A DNA stretch of 32,000 nt from Archangium gephyra (GCA_943370055.1 CALRPN020000001.1:31199-63198), one strand, 5' to 3'. Positions 1 through 10,339 are shown, numbered from the stretch's first letter. Notes: generated by a model from the letters alone, not told the origin. A program made the numbers and translations.

Positions 1-1
1 G

Positions 2-2806
2 AAGACCATTCGGATCTGGGCGGTGGTGCTGGCTTCGCTTTCTTCGTTCGAAGGGTGCGGCCCCAACGCGTTGGTCGCCGATGGCGGCGGACCGCTTTGC
101 ATCCCCGGGCAGGCCATAGCCTGCGCCGGTCCAGGCGGCTGCGCGGGCAGCCAAGTCTGCAGGGAGAATGGTTCTGGGTACGAATCCTGCCAGTGCGGGA
201 CAGCTGTAGTTGATGCAGGCAGTTCGGGTGGCGGCGGGGGTGGTGCTGCTGACGGCGGTGCTGCTGACGGCGGTGCCGCTGACGGCGGTGCTGCTGACGG
301 CGGTGCTGCTGACGGCGGTGTTGCCGACGGTGGTCCTGCGGACGGTGGTCCTGCCGACGGTGGTCCTGCCGACGGTGGTTCTACCGACGGTGGTCTTACC
401 GACGGTGGTCTTACCGACGGTGGTCCTTCGGACGGCGGTTCTGGAGGGTGCGGCGGGGCTGTCTGCGTCAACCCGCACGGGACGACGTCTTGTGTCGGTG
501 GAATCTGTACGCCTGTCTGCTCTGCCAGCTATGCCGACTGTGATGGCGACCGAATCAGCGGCTGCGAGACGTCACTCGTGGACGCCGGTCTACGGCTTTG
601 TGGTTCAACTTGTGTCGCCGCCACCGCTTGCTGTTCAAGCCCCGACTGCGTCACGCCGCCAAGCCCGGTCGGTTGCTTCGCGGCCGGATTCTGCTCGGGC
701 ACCGGTGGCGTGTGCACGTATCCCCTAAGGCCGGGAGCAGCTGTGTGCGGGTCAACGTGCTGCAACCCGATCAATGGCACCTGTGCCAGCGCAACTTGCG
801 CCCTCGCATGCACAGTCGGCTACGGAGATTGCGACGGCAACCCAGAGAACGGGTGCGAGGTGAATCTCGCCGCAGCGGGAAAGAGGCTCTGCGGTTCAGC
901 GTGCATATCCGCCTCTGCCTGCTGCAACTCAGCCGACTGCGTCCAACCGCCTGGGACGCCCGAGTGCTACCAGCCTGGGGTTTGCAGTTCACCTGGTGGA
1001 ACCTGTCAGTATCAACTCAACGCAGGCGCGTGCGTCCTGGGTTCACGCTGCTGCAACTCAATCAACGGCGCCTGCAGCGCGAGTTGCCTGCCCACGTGCA
1101 ATTCCGGGTTCGCAGATTGCAACGGCGTCCCCGCGGATGGATGCGAGGTGAACCTGGCGGCTGCTGGCCGGCGACTCTGCGGCCAAGCTTGCATCGCGGC
1201 TAGCGACTGCTGCGTCAGTGGCGACTGCACGAATAGGCCAGCACCTGCAGCCTGCTTCTCCGGTTCCTGCCCTCCGCAGGGCGGGGCCTGCTCCTATGCT
1301 CGAAACCTGGGGGCAGTGGTGTGTGGCTTGACGTGCTGCAACGCCGTCAACGGGTCGTGCAATGGGGACTGCTCCCTTGTGTGCTCGAATGGCTATGCCG
1401 ACTGCGATGGAAATGCTGACAACGGCTGCGAAACGAACTTGGTCGCTGCCAGCAAGAAGCTGTGCGGCTCCGTCTGTATTTCTACCTCCGCGTGCTGCAC
1501 GAGCGCGGATTGCACGTCGGCCCCTGTGCCAGCCACCTGCTATGGCCCGGGATTGTGTTCTGGCCCGGGTGGGAGTTGTTCCTACGCGCTAAAGGCTGGA
1601 TCCGTCACGTGCGGCACGATTTGCTGCAACGCGATTGGTGGTTTATGCAATCCGGACTGCTCTCTTTCCTGCGCTCAGGGGCGCGGCGACTGCAACGCCT
1701 CGCGAGTTGATGGCTGCGAAAGCGACACCAACGCCTCTGTGAACCACTGTGGGAGTTGCGCCGTCGCCTGTGTCAATCCCGGCGGCCCGTCAACGCAGTG
1801 CACCGCCGGCCTGTGCACGCCGACGTGCTACTCGAACACCGCGGACTGCGACTCAAATCCGAACAACGGATGCGAGACCGGTACTTCCTCGGACCCGAAC
1901 AACTGCGGGCGATGCGGGCGATCCTGTTGCGGAAGCGGTTGTGGCGGAGGGGCATGCGTGCCAGAAAAGATTGCCTCGGCGATCTGCGGCGGACCTGGGC
2001 TAGGATTGACGTCGACTGCGCTGTACTGCGGCGACTATTCGCTCGGGCGAATTTCCAGAGTGCCGTTCGATGGTGGCGCCCCGACGCAGGTCGTGACCGG
2101 GGCCGGAATCGGCGCCGTCGCGGTCAAAGGCGACGAGCTGTATTGGCTCGACACGGTGAATGCTCTACTCAACACCGACGTAATGAAGAAGCCGCTCGAC
2201 GGTGGCCCAAGTACACGCCTCTACCGCGCCTCTGGTTTTGCGGGGAACCTTGCTGTCGGACCAAATGTCGCATGGAGCACCGTCGGGTTCCCGGGTTCGA
2301 CTGGTGAGATCCTTGCGGTGGGAGTGGATGGAGCGCCCTTCTATTCGCTCGATTCATACTCAAGCGTTTCCGGTGGTGCTGGCGTCGCCACCGATTCCAA
2401 CAACGTGTATTGGATGCTAAACGGTGGGGCGCTGAACAAGACGCCTCTGGACGGCGGACCTACCGCACAGTTGGTCGCTGGAATGAGCTGCCAACCCTGG
2501 ATCGTTGTCGACTCAACTTTCGCGTATTGGTGCTTGGCTGGAAACCCGTCGACAATCGTTAGAAGCCCGTTGGCAGGTGGCGCCACGTCAACCCTGACCA
2601 CGCTCCCCTCTGGCGTTGGAGGCTTGGCGGTTGACTCGGAGGCGCTGTACTGGACCGGGGCTAACATCATGAGAGTGCCGCTGGATGGCGGCGTCGCGAC
2701 CCCGCTTGTGTTCGGAGTGTACCAGGCGAGATCGATTGCGGTGGACTCAGCCTGCGTCTACTGGAACGACACTCGTGGTGACGTTTGGAGAGTCGGAAAG
2801 CGTTAG
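2..2806 (+). CDS. Large secreted or lipoprotein-like cysteine-rich repeat protein with C-terminal YWTD-type beta-propeller (5' end probably just outside the window)
   Basis: The frame is open back to nt 2 ([19 protein letters not shown] looks like a signal peptide and lipobox). There is an (A/P/S/L)xDGG linker. About five repeats follow of a ~95-aa Cys-rich module ending in the motif (Y/F)xDCDGNxxNGCExNL. The C-terminus has about six blades with recurring (L/V)YW motifs (ELYWLD, NVYWM, FAYWC, ALYWT, CVYWND). Stop TAG at 2804-2806. Confidence 0.8.
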   Translation, partial: KTIRIWAVVLASLSSFEGCGPNALVADGGGPLCIPGQAIACAGPGGCAGSQVCRENGSGYESCQCGTAVVDAGSSGGGGGGAADGGAADGGAADGGAADGGAADGGVADGGPADGGPADGGPADGGSTDGGLTDGGLTDGGPSDGGSGGCGGAVCVNPHGTTSCVGGICTPVCSASYADCDGDRISGCETSLVDAGLRLCGSTCVAATACCSSPDCVTPPSPVGCFAAGFCSGTGGVCTYPLRPGAAVCGSTCCNPINGTCASATCALACTVGYGDCDGNPENGCEVNLAAAGKRLCGSACISASACCNSADCVQPPGTPECYQPGVCSSPGGTCQYQLNAGACVLGSRCCNSINGACSASCLPTCNSGFADCNGVPADGCEVNLAAAGRRLCGQACIAASDCCVSGDCTNRPAPAACFSGSCPPQGGACSYARNLGAVVCGLTCCNAVNGSCNGDCSLVCSNGYADCDGNADNGCETNLVAASKKLCGSVCISTSACCTSADCTSAPVPATCYGPGLCSGPGGSCSYALKAGSVTCGTICCNAIGGLCNPDCSLSCAQGRGDCNASRVDGCESDTNASVNHCGSCAVACVNPGGPSTQCTAGLCTPTCYSNTADCDSNPNNGCETGTSSDPNNCGRCGRSCCGSGCGGGACVPEKIASAICGGPGLGLTSTALYCGDYSLGRISRVPFDGGAPTQVVTGAGIGAVAVKGDELYWLDTVNALLNTDVMKKPLDGGPSTRLYRASGFAGNLAVGPNVAWSTVGFPGSTGEILAVGVDGAPFYSLDSYSSVSGGAGVATDSNNVYWMLNGGALNKTPLDGGPTAQLVAGMSCQPWIVVDSTFAYWCLAGNPSTIVRSPLAGGATSTLTTLPSGVGGLAVDSEALYWTGANIMRVPLDGGVATPLVFGVYQARSIAVDSACVYWNDTRGDVWRVGKR
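245..439 (+). repeat. Perfect-period 15-bp coding tandem repeat, 13 units (consensus nnnnnnGACGGYGGT), encoding xxDGG pentapeptides
   Basis: Read directly: gctgctgacggcggt x5, then gttgcc/cctgcg/cctgcc/cctgcc/tctacc/cttacc/cttacc/ccttcg variants, each followed by gacggtggt. Translation is AADGG x5, [10 protein letters not shown] x3, [10 protein letters not shown] x2, PSDGG. Confidence 0.95.
596..1730 (+). repeat. Four diverged tandem modules (~280-295 bp each) encoding the Cys-rich domain
   Basis: Units start near 596, 889, 1168 and 1453, each opening with LCG(S/Q)xC(V/I)xxxxCCxxxDC. Conservation is at the protein level; the DNA has diverged. Confidence 0.7.
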
Positions 2807-2847
2807 TTCGGTCCCCCTCAGTCGCATGGTCGGACTTTGTCGAGCGC

Positions 2848-3615
2848 ATGGCCGATCTCGTCACCTGCCCCGCCGGACTCACAGGCCGTATCCGTGGAAT
2901 GAAGGTTCGCGAGGAACGCGTCCTGGCCGATCGCAAGCTCGCAAAGTCGGGAGGGCAACTGGAACAACTCCTCACATCATGCTGGGAGGAGACGGTCGAG
3001 CCTGGACCTTACGAGTCCGGCGACAGGCCCATCGATTGGGGCTCGGTGCTGCAAGGTGACCGGTTCTTCGCGCTGCTGAACATCCGCGCGCTGACGTACG
3101 GGCCCGACTACGGCTTCGGCGTCTCATGCCGGAACTGCCGCGCACGCATCGAATGGGAGGTCGACCTGACGAAGCTCCCGGTTCGGCCGCTTTCACCTGA
3201 GAGCCGCGCTGCGTTCATGGCCGGCAACCGCTTCGAGACGACCCTCCCCGACGCGGGCAAACGCATCTGGTTCAAGCTCCTCACTGGCGACGACGAGCGA
3301 AAGCTCCCCGCGCTTCAGCGCGCCGCCCCCGACCGGCTGCTCTCCTCGGTGCTCGCCTACCGCGTGCTCGAAGTCGAAGGCGTCGACCCGAAGGACAAGC
3401 GCGCCTTCCTCGAAGACCTCACGCTGCGCGACGCCGACTTCCTCGTCGACGAGTTCGATCGCGTCGACTGCGGCGTCGACACCACCATCGAGGTCGAGTG
3501 CCCGGAGTGCCGCGAGGTCCAGGACGTCGACCTCCCTTTCGACAGCGCCTTCTTCCTGCCGGGGAGGGAGCGCACGGCGCGTCGGAAGGCCCGGAGCGCC
3601 TCTTCCCCGACGTGA
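2848..3615 (+). CDS. Putative tail assembly chaperone-like protein with a zinc ribbon (CxxC...CxxC)
   Basis: The call rests mainly on position, directly upstream of the tape measure gene and its overlapping -1 frame ORF. Motifs are CRNC at the centre and CPEC near the C-terminus. The [11 protein letters not shown]...[15 protein letters not shown] pattern resembles small phage baseplate or tail assembly proteins of the T4 gp26-like type. The ORF opens at TTG 2785; ATG 2848 is preferred because it clears the upstream stop at 2806. Confidence 0.55.
   Translation: MADLVTCPAGLTGRIRGMKVREERVLADRKLAKSGGQLEQLLTSCWEETVEPGPYESGDRPIDWGSVLQGDRFFALLNIRALTYGPDYGFGVSCRNCRARIEWEVDLTKLPVRPLSPESRAAFMAGNRFETTLPDAGKRIWFKLLTGDDERKLPALQRAAPDRLLSSVLAYRVLEVEGVDPKDKRAFLEDLTLRDADFLVDEFDRVDCGVDTTIEVECPECREVQDVDLPFDSAFFLPGRERTARRKARSASSPT
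3534..3540 (+). promoter_or_regulatory. Candidate -1 programmed frameshift heptamer C CCU UUC
   Basis: It has X XXY YYZ format in the zero frame of the 2848-3615 ORF (ctC CCT TTC). The -1 frame is open from 3498 to 3803. No experimental or comparative support is available here. Confidence 0.25.
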
Positions 3616-3803
3616 GCCTCGACGCCTGGCGCGAGGGGCTCTTCCACCTCTGCTGGCACCAGCACGGAGGCTCGGGGCTTCAGCTCTCGTTCGCCGACGC
3701 GCTCGAAATCCCCGTCAGCGACCGCGACTGGTTCCTCGAGCGCATCGGAGAGCAGCGCACGCGCGAGGCACGCGAACTCGAGAAGGCCGCCCGTCGGAGG
3801 TGA
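3612..3803 (+). CDS. Small protein in the -1 frame, either independently initiated at GTG 3612 (GTGA overlap with the upstream stop) or the C-terminal extension of a frameshifted chaperone (G/GT-like)
   Basis: The -1 frame ORF ends 3 nt before the tape measure ATG. The sequence [20 protein letters not shown]...[12 protein letters not shown] has coding-like composition. This matches the classical chaperone-pair position. Confidence 0.45.
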   Translation: MSLDAWREGLFHLCWHQHGGSGLQLSFADALEIPVSDRDWFLERIGEQRTREARELEKAARRR

Positions 3804-3806
3804 CGC

Positions 3807-6179
3807 ATGTCGCTCAACAACCTCGGCCTCGGCTTCGTCTTCACCGCGCGCGACCTGGCATCGGGCGCCATCCAGAACCTCGAGCGGAACTTCCTCAGCC
3901 TCGACCGCAAGGTCGGACTCGGCGCTGAGCGCATCCAGTCGAGCTTCCAGCAGCTCGGCGTGGGACTCGCCGTATTCTCGGCCGGCGCGGGCGTCGTCGC
4001 CGGAGCCTTCTCGCTCGCCAACGCGGCCGGTCGCTTCGAGCAGAGCATCGCCGCGGTGGGCGCCATCTCGGGAGCGTCGGCGCTCGAACTCCAGCACCTG
4101 CGTGACGCCGCCATCGCCGCGGGCATCGCGACGCAGTTCTCTCCGACCGAGGCAGTGCTCGGGCTCCGCGAGCTCGCGCAGGCCGGCTTCAACGCCGCCG
4201 AATCGATGGCGCTGCTCACCCCAGTGCTCGACCTCGCGGGTGGCTCACTCGGAGAGCTCTCGCCGCAGCAAGCGGCCGGCCTCGCCGCGCAAGCGATGAA
4301 GGCCTTCGGGCTGTCGGTGGACCAAGCCTCCGTCTCGGTCGACCGGATGCTCCAGGCGGTCAACGTGTTCGCCCTCAACGCGAACGAACTGCCCATGGCG
4401 CTCGGCGTGGCATCACGCGGCGCGCAGGCGCTGCACCAGTCACTCTCCGAGACGCTCATCACCCTCGGCCTGGTGAAGAACGTCATCCCCGGAGTCGAGC
4501 GCGCCTCCACCGCGGCGGCCGTCGCCATGGAGCGAATGGCCGACCCCGAAGTGCAGAAGAAGCTGCGCGGCATCGGCGTCAGCGTGGTCGACGCGCACGG
4601 GAGCTTCCGCGGTTTCCTCGACGTCGTCGGCGAGATGGGCCCGCGGCTCGAGGGCATGAGCGAGGCGCAGCGCTCGGCGTTCCTGCTGAGCGCGTTCGGA
4701 CGCGAGGCCCTCGGTGGCCTCAGCGCAGTGATGACACAGGTGACGAACGGCATTCGCACCAACACCGGCGAGACGCTGCGAGGCGGGGCCGCGATTGCCT
4801 ACCTCCGACAGCAGTTCGACGCCGCCGGAGGAACCGCCGCGCGCTTTCGCGACCAGATGCTGAACACCTTCGAGGGGCAGAAGAAGCTCCTCGGCGGTTC
4901 GCTGGAGACCCTCGCCATCGTCATCGGCGAGCCCTTCGCGCAGGTCCTCAAGCCCATCGTCTCCGCGGTGGTGGAGGTCGTGAACGGACTCCTCGGTGTT
5001 CTGCGTCAGCTGCCGGCACCGGTGAAGAAGGCCTTCGCGGGGTTCGCCGTCGCCGCGGGAGCCGTGGTCGCCACCGTCGGAGCTGTCATCGCAGTGAAGG
5101 CCGGCGTGGCGCTGCTCGCGGTGGGGCTCAAGGTGCTCGGCGTGACGGCCGCGGGGCTCATGTCGACGATGCTCCCGGCGATCGCCACGGTCGCGTTGCT
5201 GGGGCTCGTCGTCGCGGGGTTCGTCTACGCAGTCCGCAACAACCTCGGCGGCCTCGGCTACTTCGTTCACCGAGTCTGGGGGAAGGTCCGTCTCGGGTTC
5301 GATGCGCTGGTGCAGCTCTTCGAGCAGGGCGGCTTCTCCGGCGCCGTCATGACGGAGCTCGACCGCGCGGAGAACTCGGGCCTGAAGCGGTTCCTCATCA
5401 GCGTGTACCAGGTGGCCTTCCGCATCGGCCGCGCCTGGGATGGGCTGGTTGCCGGCTTCACGTCCGCGCTCGACGAGGCCGCGCCCGTGTTCGCGATCCT
5501 CGGCGCGACGGTGGACGAACTCGGCGTCGCGCTCCTGGAGCTGTTCCAGGCCCTCACCGGAAGCACCGCGAACCTGCCGTCAGACGAGTACCGCAGCTTT
5601 GGCGAGCTGGTCGGCTCCGCGCTTGCGGGCATCGTGAAGTGGACGGCGGCGGCGATCTCGGTGACCGCCAGCTTCTTCACCAGCCTCGCGAAGGGAGCGA
5701 CCGCCGTCGTGCAGGTGTTCGCCGCGGTCTTCAACCACCTCTACGACTCGTTCGTGACCGTGCGCAGCTTCCTGACCGCGCTGGCCGAGTCGATTCGCAG
5801 CGCGTTCGTGAGCCTCTCCGACGGAGTCATCGGCCTGCTGCGGCGCGTCCCCACGCGGTTCCTCCCGGCGGAGTACCAGTGGCTCGCCCGCCAGCCGCTC
5901 TCGACCGAGGTGCAGCAGCACCTCACGCTCGCGATGCCGAGCGGCACGCCCTCGCCCGACGTCGCGTCATCGCCGATGCCGGCCCGCACTGAAGCGGCCT
6001 CGAGGAGCGCCGACCTGGCTCAGCTGCAGGCGACCTTCTCGTCGGCGCCCACGGCGAACTTTCAGTCTCAGCCGATCACCGTGAACGTACAGGTCGACGG
6101 CGAGACCATTGCGCGTGCAGGCGTCGCTGCTCAACGTGACTCGGCGAGTCGGGGGTTCTCTTCAGTGCCGGCGTACTGA
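3807..6179 (+). CDS. Phage tail tape measure protein
   Basis: 790 aa with GGAGG 7 nt upstream of the ATG. The N-terminal core (AVGAISGASALELQHLRDAAIAAGIATQFSPTEAVLGLRELAQAGF...) is typical of the TP901-type tape measure core. A central hydrophobic or transmembrane-like segment is followed by an Ala/Leu-rich helical remainder. Confidence 0.9.
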   Translation: MSLNNLGLGFVFTARDLASGAIQNLERNFLSLDRKVGLGAERIQSSFQQLGVGLAVFSAGAGVVAGAFSLANAAGRFEQSIAAVGAISGASALELQHLRDAAIAAGIATQFSPTEAVLGLRELAQAGFNAAESMALLTPVLDLAGGSLGELSPQQAAGLAAQAMKAFGLSVDQASVSVDRMLQAVNVFALNANELPMALGVASRGAQALHQSLSETLITLGLVKNVIPGVERASTAAAVAMERMADPEVQKKLRGIGVSVVDAHGSFRGFLDVVGEMGPRLEGMSEAQRSAFLLSAFGREALGGLSAVMTQVTNGIRTNTGETLRGGAAIAYLRQQFDAAGGTAARFRDQMLNTFEGQKKLLGGSLETLAIVIGEPFAQVLKPIVSAVVEVVNGLLGVLRQLPAPVKKAFAGFAVAAGAVVATVGAVIAVKAGVALLAVGLKVLGVTAAGLMSTMLPAIATVALLGLVVAGFVYAVRNNLGGLGYFVHRVWGKVRLGFDALVQLFEQGGFSGAVMTELDRAENSGLKRFLISVYQVAFRIGRAWDGLVAGFTSALDEAAPVFAILGATVDELGVALLELFQALTGSTANLPSDEYRSFGELVGSALAGIVKWTAAAISVTASFFTSLAKGATAVVQVFAAVFNHLYDSFVTVRSFLTALAESIRSAFVSLSDGVIGLLRRVPTRFLPAEYQWLARQPLSTEVQQHLTLAMPSGTPSPDVASSPMPARTEAASRSADLAQLQATFSSAPTANFQSQPITVNVQVDGETIARAGVAAQRDSASRGFSSVPAY

Positions 6180-6199
6180 CTCGATGGTCGGTCTCCGCG

Positions 6200-7108
6200 C
6201 TACGGCTCGAGTCGCAAAGTGTCATTGAGGTCCGGCAACGACCCAGCATCGAGGGTCTCCAAGCGGACTCCGGCCTGAACAGGAGTCTGCTGCACCACGC
6301 ACGACTGTGAAGGGGGCGTGATGCACGAAAAGAGGGAAAGGCCGGTGGCGCCCGGGAGCGCCGGGAGGGGGATCTTGTGGATCCCGACGACCGCGCCACC
6401 CGTTTGCCTGACGGCGATGGTCTGAATGCATCGGCCAGCAAGAGTTAGGTAGCCGCCGCTGAGCCAAGCCTGACCTCGTCTGCCGTCTGGTTCGGCGTTA
6501 ATTTCCACGCCACCGATGTAAGCGTCGCCCGTGCAGTCTGGGTTGGTCCAGCAGACACCAGCTCGGATTCTTGATGCCGTTCCCGGAGTGAAGGGCTCAA
6601 GCCCCATGAAGCACTGGTGCGCGACCGACCAGACATCCGTTCCCGTGTGGATGGCGATGAGCCCGCCGTCGGGGGCAAGAGCGCGAAGGCCGAATGGCAT
6701 ACGAGGAGCGGCCGCTGCTGTTCCAGCTGGGCCAGCGACGATTGCCACGCCTCCGTCGATGACGATGGTCCCACCATCAACTGTGCTGATGATGACGACC
6801 TGTCCTGGTGCGCCCTGGGCTCCTTGCTGACCTGGTGGCCCCTGCGGACCAGCGACGATGACTATTCCACCGTCGACCACGACTGAGCCACCATCAGCGG
6901 CGACGAGCACCACGACCTGGCCCGCGATCCCAGTCGGGCCCTGTGGGCCGGCATCACCAGCGGGTCCTTGAGGTCCGGGGATGCCTTGCTGTCCGTTCGA
7001 GCCCGTGGGGCCTGGAGGACCCGCAACGCCCTGCGCTCCGGTGTCGCCCTTTGGACCTTGCTGACAGCCAACGAACGCGACGCACGCCGCGACGAAGTAC
7101 CGATTCAT
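6200..7108 (-). CDS. Collagen-like triple-helix repeat lipoprotein
   Basis: [15 protein letters not shown] signal and lipobox. Runs of G-X-Y ([59 protein letters not shown]) are interspersed with two VV.DGGxxVxDGGxxIVAGP units. The C-terminal ~170-aa domain is Cys-containing and unknown. The ORF extends to 7132, but the signal peptide starts at ATG 7108. Confidence 0.8.
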   Translation of the reverse strand: MNRYFVAACVAFVGCQQGPKGDTGAQGVAGPPGPTGSNGQQGIPGPQGPAGDAGPQGPTGIAGQVVVLVAADGGSVVVDGGIVIVAGPQGPPGQQGAQGAPGQVVIISTVDGGTIVIDGGVAIVAGPAGTAAAAPRMPFGLRALAPDGGLIAIHTGTDVWSVAHQCFMGLEPFTPGTASRIRAGVCWTNPDCTGDAYIGGVEINAEPDGRRGQAWLSGGYLTLAGRCIQTIAVRQTGGAVVGIHKIPLPALPGATGLSLFSCITPPSQSCVVQQTPVQAGVRLETLDAGSLPDLNDTLRLEP

Positions 7109-7249
7109 CCAACCTCCTCGAGCCGAGCACAAGCCACCGATACACTGGCAGGCTACGTCTTGACGTATTCAATGCCCAGCAATGCCGTGAGGCCAGCAGG
7201 TGGATTGGTGACGCCTGGACCAGCGCAATCCGTTTCCGCTCGAGGACAC

Positions 7250-8161
7250 ATGCTCACACGAACGATGCTCAGTACCGCTGCCGTTCTCTTGCTCACGACT
7301 GGCTGCTTTGGCCCACGTGCTTGGGTGATCATGCGAACGCAGGAGGGTGGCGTGATCGGATACCAGAATCGCGGCTCAATCTTCATGGACGACAGCGAAC
7401 AACAGAGAGCCTTCGACAAGGCGCTTGACGCCGCTACGACCGAGGTTTGCGGCTCGCGTCGATACACGACGCTTTGGGACCGCTATGAGTCGGAGCAGCG
7501 CAGCTACACCACCACTCGATCCGTCAAGGAAGAGTCCGAGACCAAGTTCGACTTCTCTGGCTACGCGCGAGGCCCTGTGTCTGCCACCGGCACCGCGCGG
7601 ACGACGACGACCAGAGATGTCCCAGTGACCAAGAACTACACAGTCAGCTGGCGTGAGATGGCGATCTCGTGCGGCGGCCAGCAGTACGAAAAAGTCCCAT
7701 ACGAACGGACCGAGTTGGTCAGACGGTCCGCTGCACAGGCGCCGACCTCTAACGCTCTGAACGCTGGTTCAACTTGCACAGCGGGTGACCTCGCAGAAAT
7801 GCGTGCCGCTCAACTATCGGAGTCTGCCATTGAATCCGCGTGTGGCTCGGGTCGAACCAAGAACCCGGATGCGACACCTGCGACGTCAACCCTGACCGAT
7901 AACGAGATCGTTGAGACAATCGGGAAAGGAGCCTTCGCGAGGTGCGCAGCCGAGCAACGCCGTCTCGATGGCTCTGGTGGTCGGGTGCTGATCCGCTTTG
8001 TGGTTGCCGCTGAGGGGACAGTTACTGAGGCGACCATTGTCGAAAAAGAAGGGGGCTCGGGAACGTCGACGACCAGCTGTTGGCTCGAGACCGCGAAACA
8101 GGTGCGGTTCCCTCGCCGGGCTGAATCCACTGAGCCTTTTCGGTTTCCGATTAAGTACTGA
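7250..8161 (+). CDS. Lipoprotein with C-terminal TonB_C-like domain
   Basis: [19 protein letters not shown] lipobox. The C-terminus [23 protein letters not shown]...[12 protein letters not shown]...FRFPIKY resembles the TonB C-terminal fold motif. GAGGA lies just upstream of ATG 7250. The upstream part of the 6968 ORF overlaps the divergent gene and is not credible. Confidence 0.7.
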   Translation: MLTRTMLSTAAVLLLTTGCFGPRAWVIMRTQEGGVIGYQNRGSIFMDDSEQQRAFDKALDAATTEVCGSRRYTTLWDRYESEQRSYTTTRSVKEESETKFDFSGYARGPVSATGTARTTTTRDVPVTKNYTVSWREMAISCGGQQYEKVPYERTELVRRSAAQAPTSNALNAGSTCTAGDLAEMRAAQLSESAIESACGSGRTKNPDATPATSTLTDNEIVETIGKGAFARCAAEQRRLDGSGGRVLIRFVVAAEGTVTEATIVEKEGGSGTSTTSCWLETAKQVRFPRRAESTEPFRFPIKY

Positions 8162-8244
8162 GCAGTCGCCTCCCAGCCCATCGGTCGTGGTCCCCGCTCA
8201 GACCGGGAGAGCACTTTGTCGGCGTGGTGCGACTGTCCTCGGCC

Positions 8245-8739
8245 ATGACACGCCCCCCGCGGTGCGTGCTCGTCAACGTCTCGACCGGCGAGTCGATGCC
8301 GTGCCTCTTCAACCCGACGCAGCTCGCCGAGAAGGTGCAGGTGAACTGGAACCGGCAGGTCGTCCCCGGCCTCTCGCACCAGGTGCTCCAGTTCCAGAGC
8401 ACATCGAACCGCCAGCTGACCGGCGTCGAGTTCTACCTCGACCGCTTCTTCGCGACCGAGCAGCCCGGCGACCCGAACATCCTCGAGTTCCGCGCCTTCC
8501 TCCGCGCGCTCACGGTGCCTCCCGCGGTCACTGAGGGAGTCCTCGCCACCGCTCCTCCGCGCGTGCTCGTCGTCTGGCCGAACGTGCTCACCATCGAGTG
8601 CGTCGTCGCGAGCATCGACTTCCAGTACCGACAACTCGCAGTCGACTCGTCGGTGCTCGTCTACGTCGCGTCGGTCAGCTTCGAGGAGATCCTCGACACG
8701 CGCGTCACCAGCGAGACGCTGCGCCGGCAGGTGTCGTGA
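8245..8739 (+). CDS. Tail tube initiator-like protein (P2 gpU or contractile-injection tube-initiator N-domain type)
   Basis: The motif [19 protein letters not shown]...[19 protein letters not shown] matches the FNPxxL...W...lqf.g...l.l.l pattern of gpU or CIS tube-like proteins. It sits between the tape measure and gpX/gpD. GTG 8224 is an alternative start. Confidence 0.6.
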   Translation: MTRPPRCVLVNVSTGESMPCLFNPTQLAEKVQVNWNRQVVPGLSHQVLQFQSTSNRQLTGVEFYLDRFFATEQPGDPNILEFRAFLRALTVPPAVTEGVLATAPPRVLVVWPNVLTIECVVASIDFQYRQLAVDSSVLVYVASVSFEEILDTRVTSETLRRQVS

Positions 8740-9077
8740 TGGCTCCGCTGGCCGGCTCTCGGCATTCGTTCACCGCCGGCGTTCGCGACGAGGCTGGTCG
8801 GCTCTTCCTCACCGAGCGCGAGCCCTACGCGTTCCACACGCATCCAGACACGCGGACGCACGTCGTCGCCCAGGGCGAGTCGCTGTTCGATCTCGCCGGT
8901 CGCTACTTCGCTCCGCTGCCGCGAGCCTGTGGCTTCTGGTGGGCCATCGCCGACTTCCAGCAAGATCCCATCATCGACCCGACGCTCGAGCTCGAGCTCG
9001 GCCGACCACTGTTCATCCCGAGCGTGCGGGTGCTCACCGACGTCATCCTCAGCGAGCGACGGAGGCGTGACGCATGA
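8739..9077 (+). CDS. Tail protein X-like (LysM-like fold)
   Basis: THVVAQGESLFDLAGRYF...WWAIADFQ...DP...LELGRPLFIPS is the LysM or P2 gpX pattern. The start overlaps the upstream stop (TGATG). Confidence 0.7.
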   Translation: MAPLAGSRHSFTAGVRDEAGRLFLTEREPYAFHTHPDTRTHVVAQGESLFDLAGRYFAPLPRACGFWWAIADFQQDPIIDPTLELELGRPLFIPSVRVLTDVILSERRRRDA

Positions 9078-10339
9078 GGCCCTCCGACCGCAGCGCTCCC
9101 GGCGTGCGCATCTCGGCGCTCGCGAACGAGCACGCTCCGAGTGGAACGCCAGTGGACCTCGACGGCCGGGTCCTCGGCTTCTCCTTCGAAGACAGCGCGC
9201 TCAAGGCAGACCAGGCCTCCGTCCAGCTCGACAACTTCGACCTGTCTCTGTTCGACCGCCCGGAGCTCGCCGGCGGAGCGGTGCTCGAGGTGTCCTGGGG
9301 CTACCCGGGCAACATGGCGCCTCCTCGGCGTGTGGTCGTTCGGAAGCTCAAGGGATTCCAGACGCTCACGGTCGAGGGCCAGGCGACAAGCGTGCTGATG
9401 AACCTGCAGGCGAAGACGCGCTCCTGGAGCGGGAAGCGCCGCAGCGACGTCGTCCGCGAGCTCGCCGCGGAGTACGGCTTCATCGGCGAGAGCGCCGACA
9501 TCGGAGACACCTCCGAGGTGATGGAGTCGGTGCATCAGTCCTCCGAGACCGACGCGCGCCTTCTGCGCCGGCTCGCCGCTCGTGAGGAGTTCGAGTTCTT
9601 CGTCGACGACGCCGGCTTTCACTGGCGCGCGCGGAATCAGGCTGCGGCGCCGGCCCACGTGCTGACCTGGTACGCGGACCCGGGACGCGGCGACATCATG
9701 TCGGTGAACGTCGAGAGCGACCTCGTTCGGCGGGTTGGTCGCGTCGAGGTGAAGGGCCGCGATCCACTTAACAAGGCGCCCATCGAGGCGAGCGCCAACA
9801 CAGACACCGTCACACGACCGACGCTGGGAGAGCTCATCGAGGTGGTCGACCCCGAGACAGGCTCCACTTCGCTGCAACGCCGCAACGCGACGGCCAGCGC
9901 GCATTCGACGGCGACGAGCACGCCTGAGGCGGCGAAGCGCGAGGCAGAGGCGCGGTTTCGAGCCGCAGAGCGCGACACGGTGAAGGTGTCGCTGCAGGTG
10001 GTGGGCGACCCGACGCTCCGCGCGAAGAGCGTCATCGAGGTGCGCGGCATCTCGAACGCGCTGTCGGGCAAGTACTACGTCGCGGAGGCGAAGCACGTCA
10101 TCGGCGCGAACGGCTACCTCGTCGACCTGAAGCTCACGCGCGATGGGCGTGGCTCGACTGCGAAGGGTACGCGGCCGCAAGGAGGTCAGCCGAACCGCAG
10201 CGCGCCGACTGCCGGTGGCGCGCTGAAGACCATCGAGGTCGTCGACGCCGAACGAGGAGGCACGCGCGTCGAGTACCGCCGCGAAGGCAGCGTCATCGGC
10301 GCCGAGGACCCGGAGTCTGGAATGAGCGTGCCGCGATGA
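9074..10339 (+). CDS. Phage late control D-like baseplate hub protein (gpD / Mu gp44 / VgrG N-domain family)
   Basis: 421 aa with motifs [62 protein letters not shown] and [23 protein letters not shown] overlap with the upstream gene. Confidence 0.85.
   Translation: MRPSDRSAPGVRISALANEHAPSGTPVDLDGRVLGFSFEDSALKADQASVQLDNFDLSLFDRPELAGGAVLEVSWGYPGNMAPPRRVVVRKLKGFQTLTVEGQATSVLMNLQAKTRSWSGKRRSDVVRELAAEYGFIGESADIGDTSEVMESVHQSSETDARLLRRLAAREEFEFFVDDAGFHWRARNQAAAPAHVLTWYADPGRGDIMSVNVESDLVRRVGRVEVKGRDPLNKAPIEASANTDTVTRPTLGELIEVVDPETGSTSLQRRNATASAHSTATSTPEAAKREAEARFRAAERDTVKVSLQVVGDPTLRAKSVIEVRGISNALSGKYYVAEAKHVIGANGYLVDLKLTRDGRGSTAKGTRPQGGQPNRSAPTAGGALKTIEVVDAERGGTRVEYRREGSVIGAEDPESGMSVPR

Noticed and set aside
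245-439. Regular short repeats that could be mistaken for a CRISPR array.
   Set aside because: The units are contiguous 15-bp repeats without spacers. They are in frame inside a long ORF and encode a pentapeptide linker, and there are no cas genes.
210-1203. Alternative-frame ORFs across the repeat region (210-728, 598-1203, 529-813 minus).
   Set aside because: They are products of the tandem repeat read in other frames (VLLTAV and PTVVL repeats) or Arg-rich shadows. The main frame encodes a coherent Cys-rich modular protein.
3680-4765. 361-aa minus-strand ORF antisense to the tape measure gene. Similar long antisense or off-frame ORFs occur at 3357-4097, 4440-5270, 8903-10180, 14383-15477, 14799-15926, 16026-16721, 21930-23672, 23695-24801 and 25174-26187.
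   Set aside because: These are typical shadow ORFs of high-GC DNA. Their translations are Arg/Ala/Ser/Pro-rich with low complexity and no motifs. Each fully overlaps a + strand gene that has clear family signatures and operon-style start-stop coupling.
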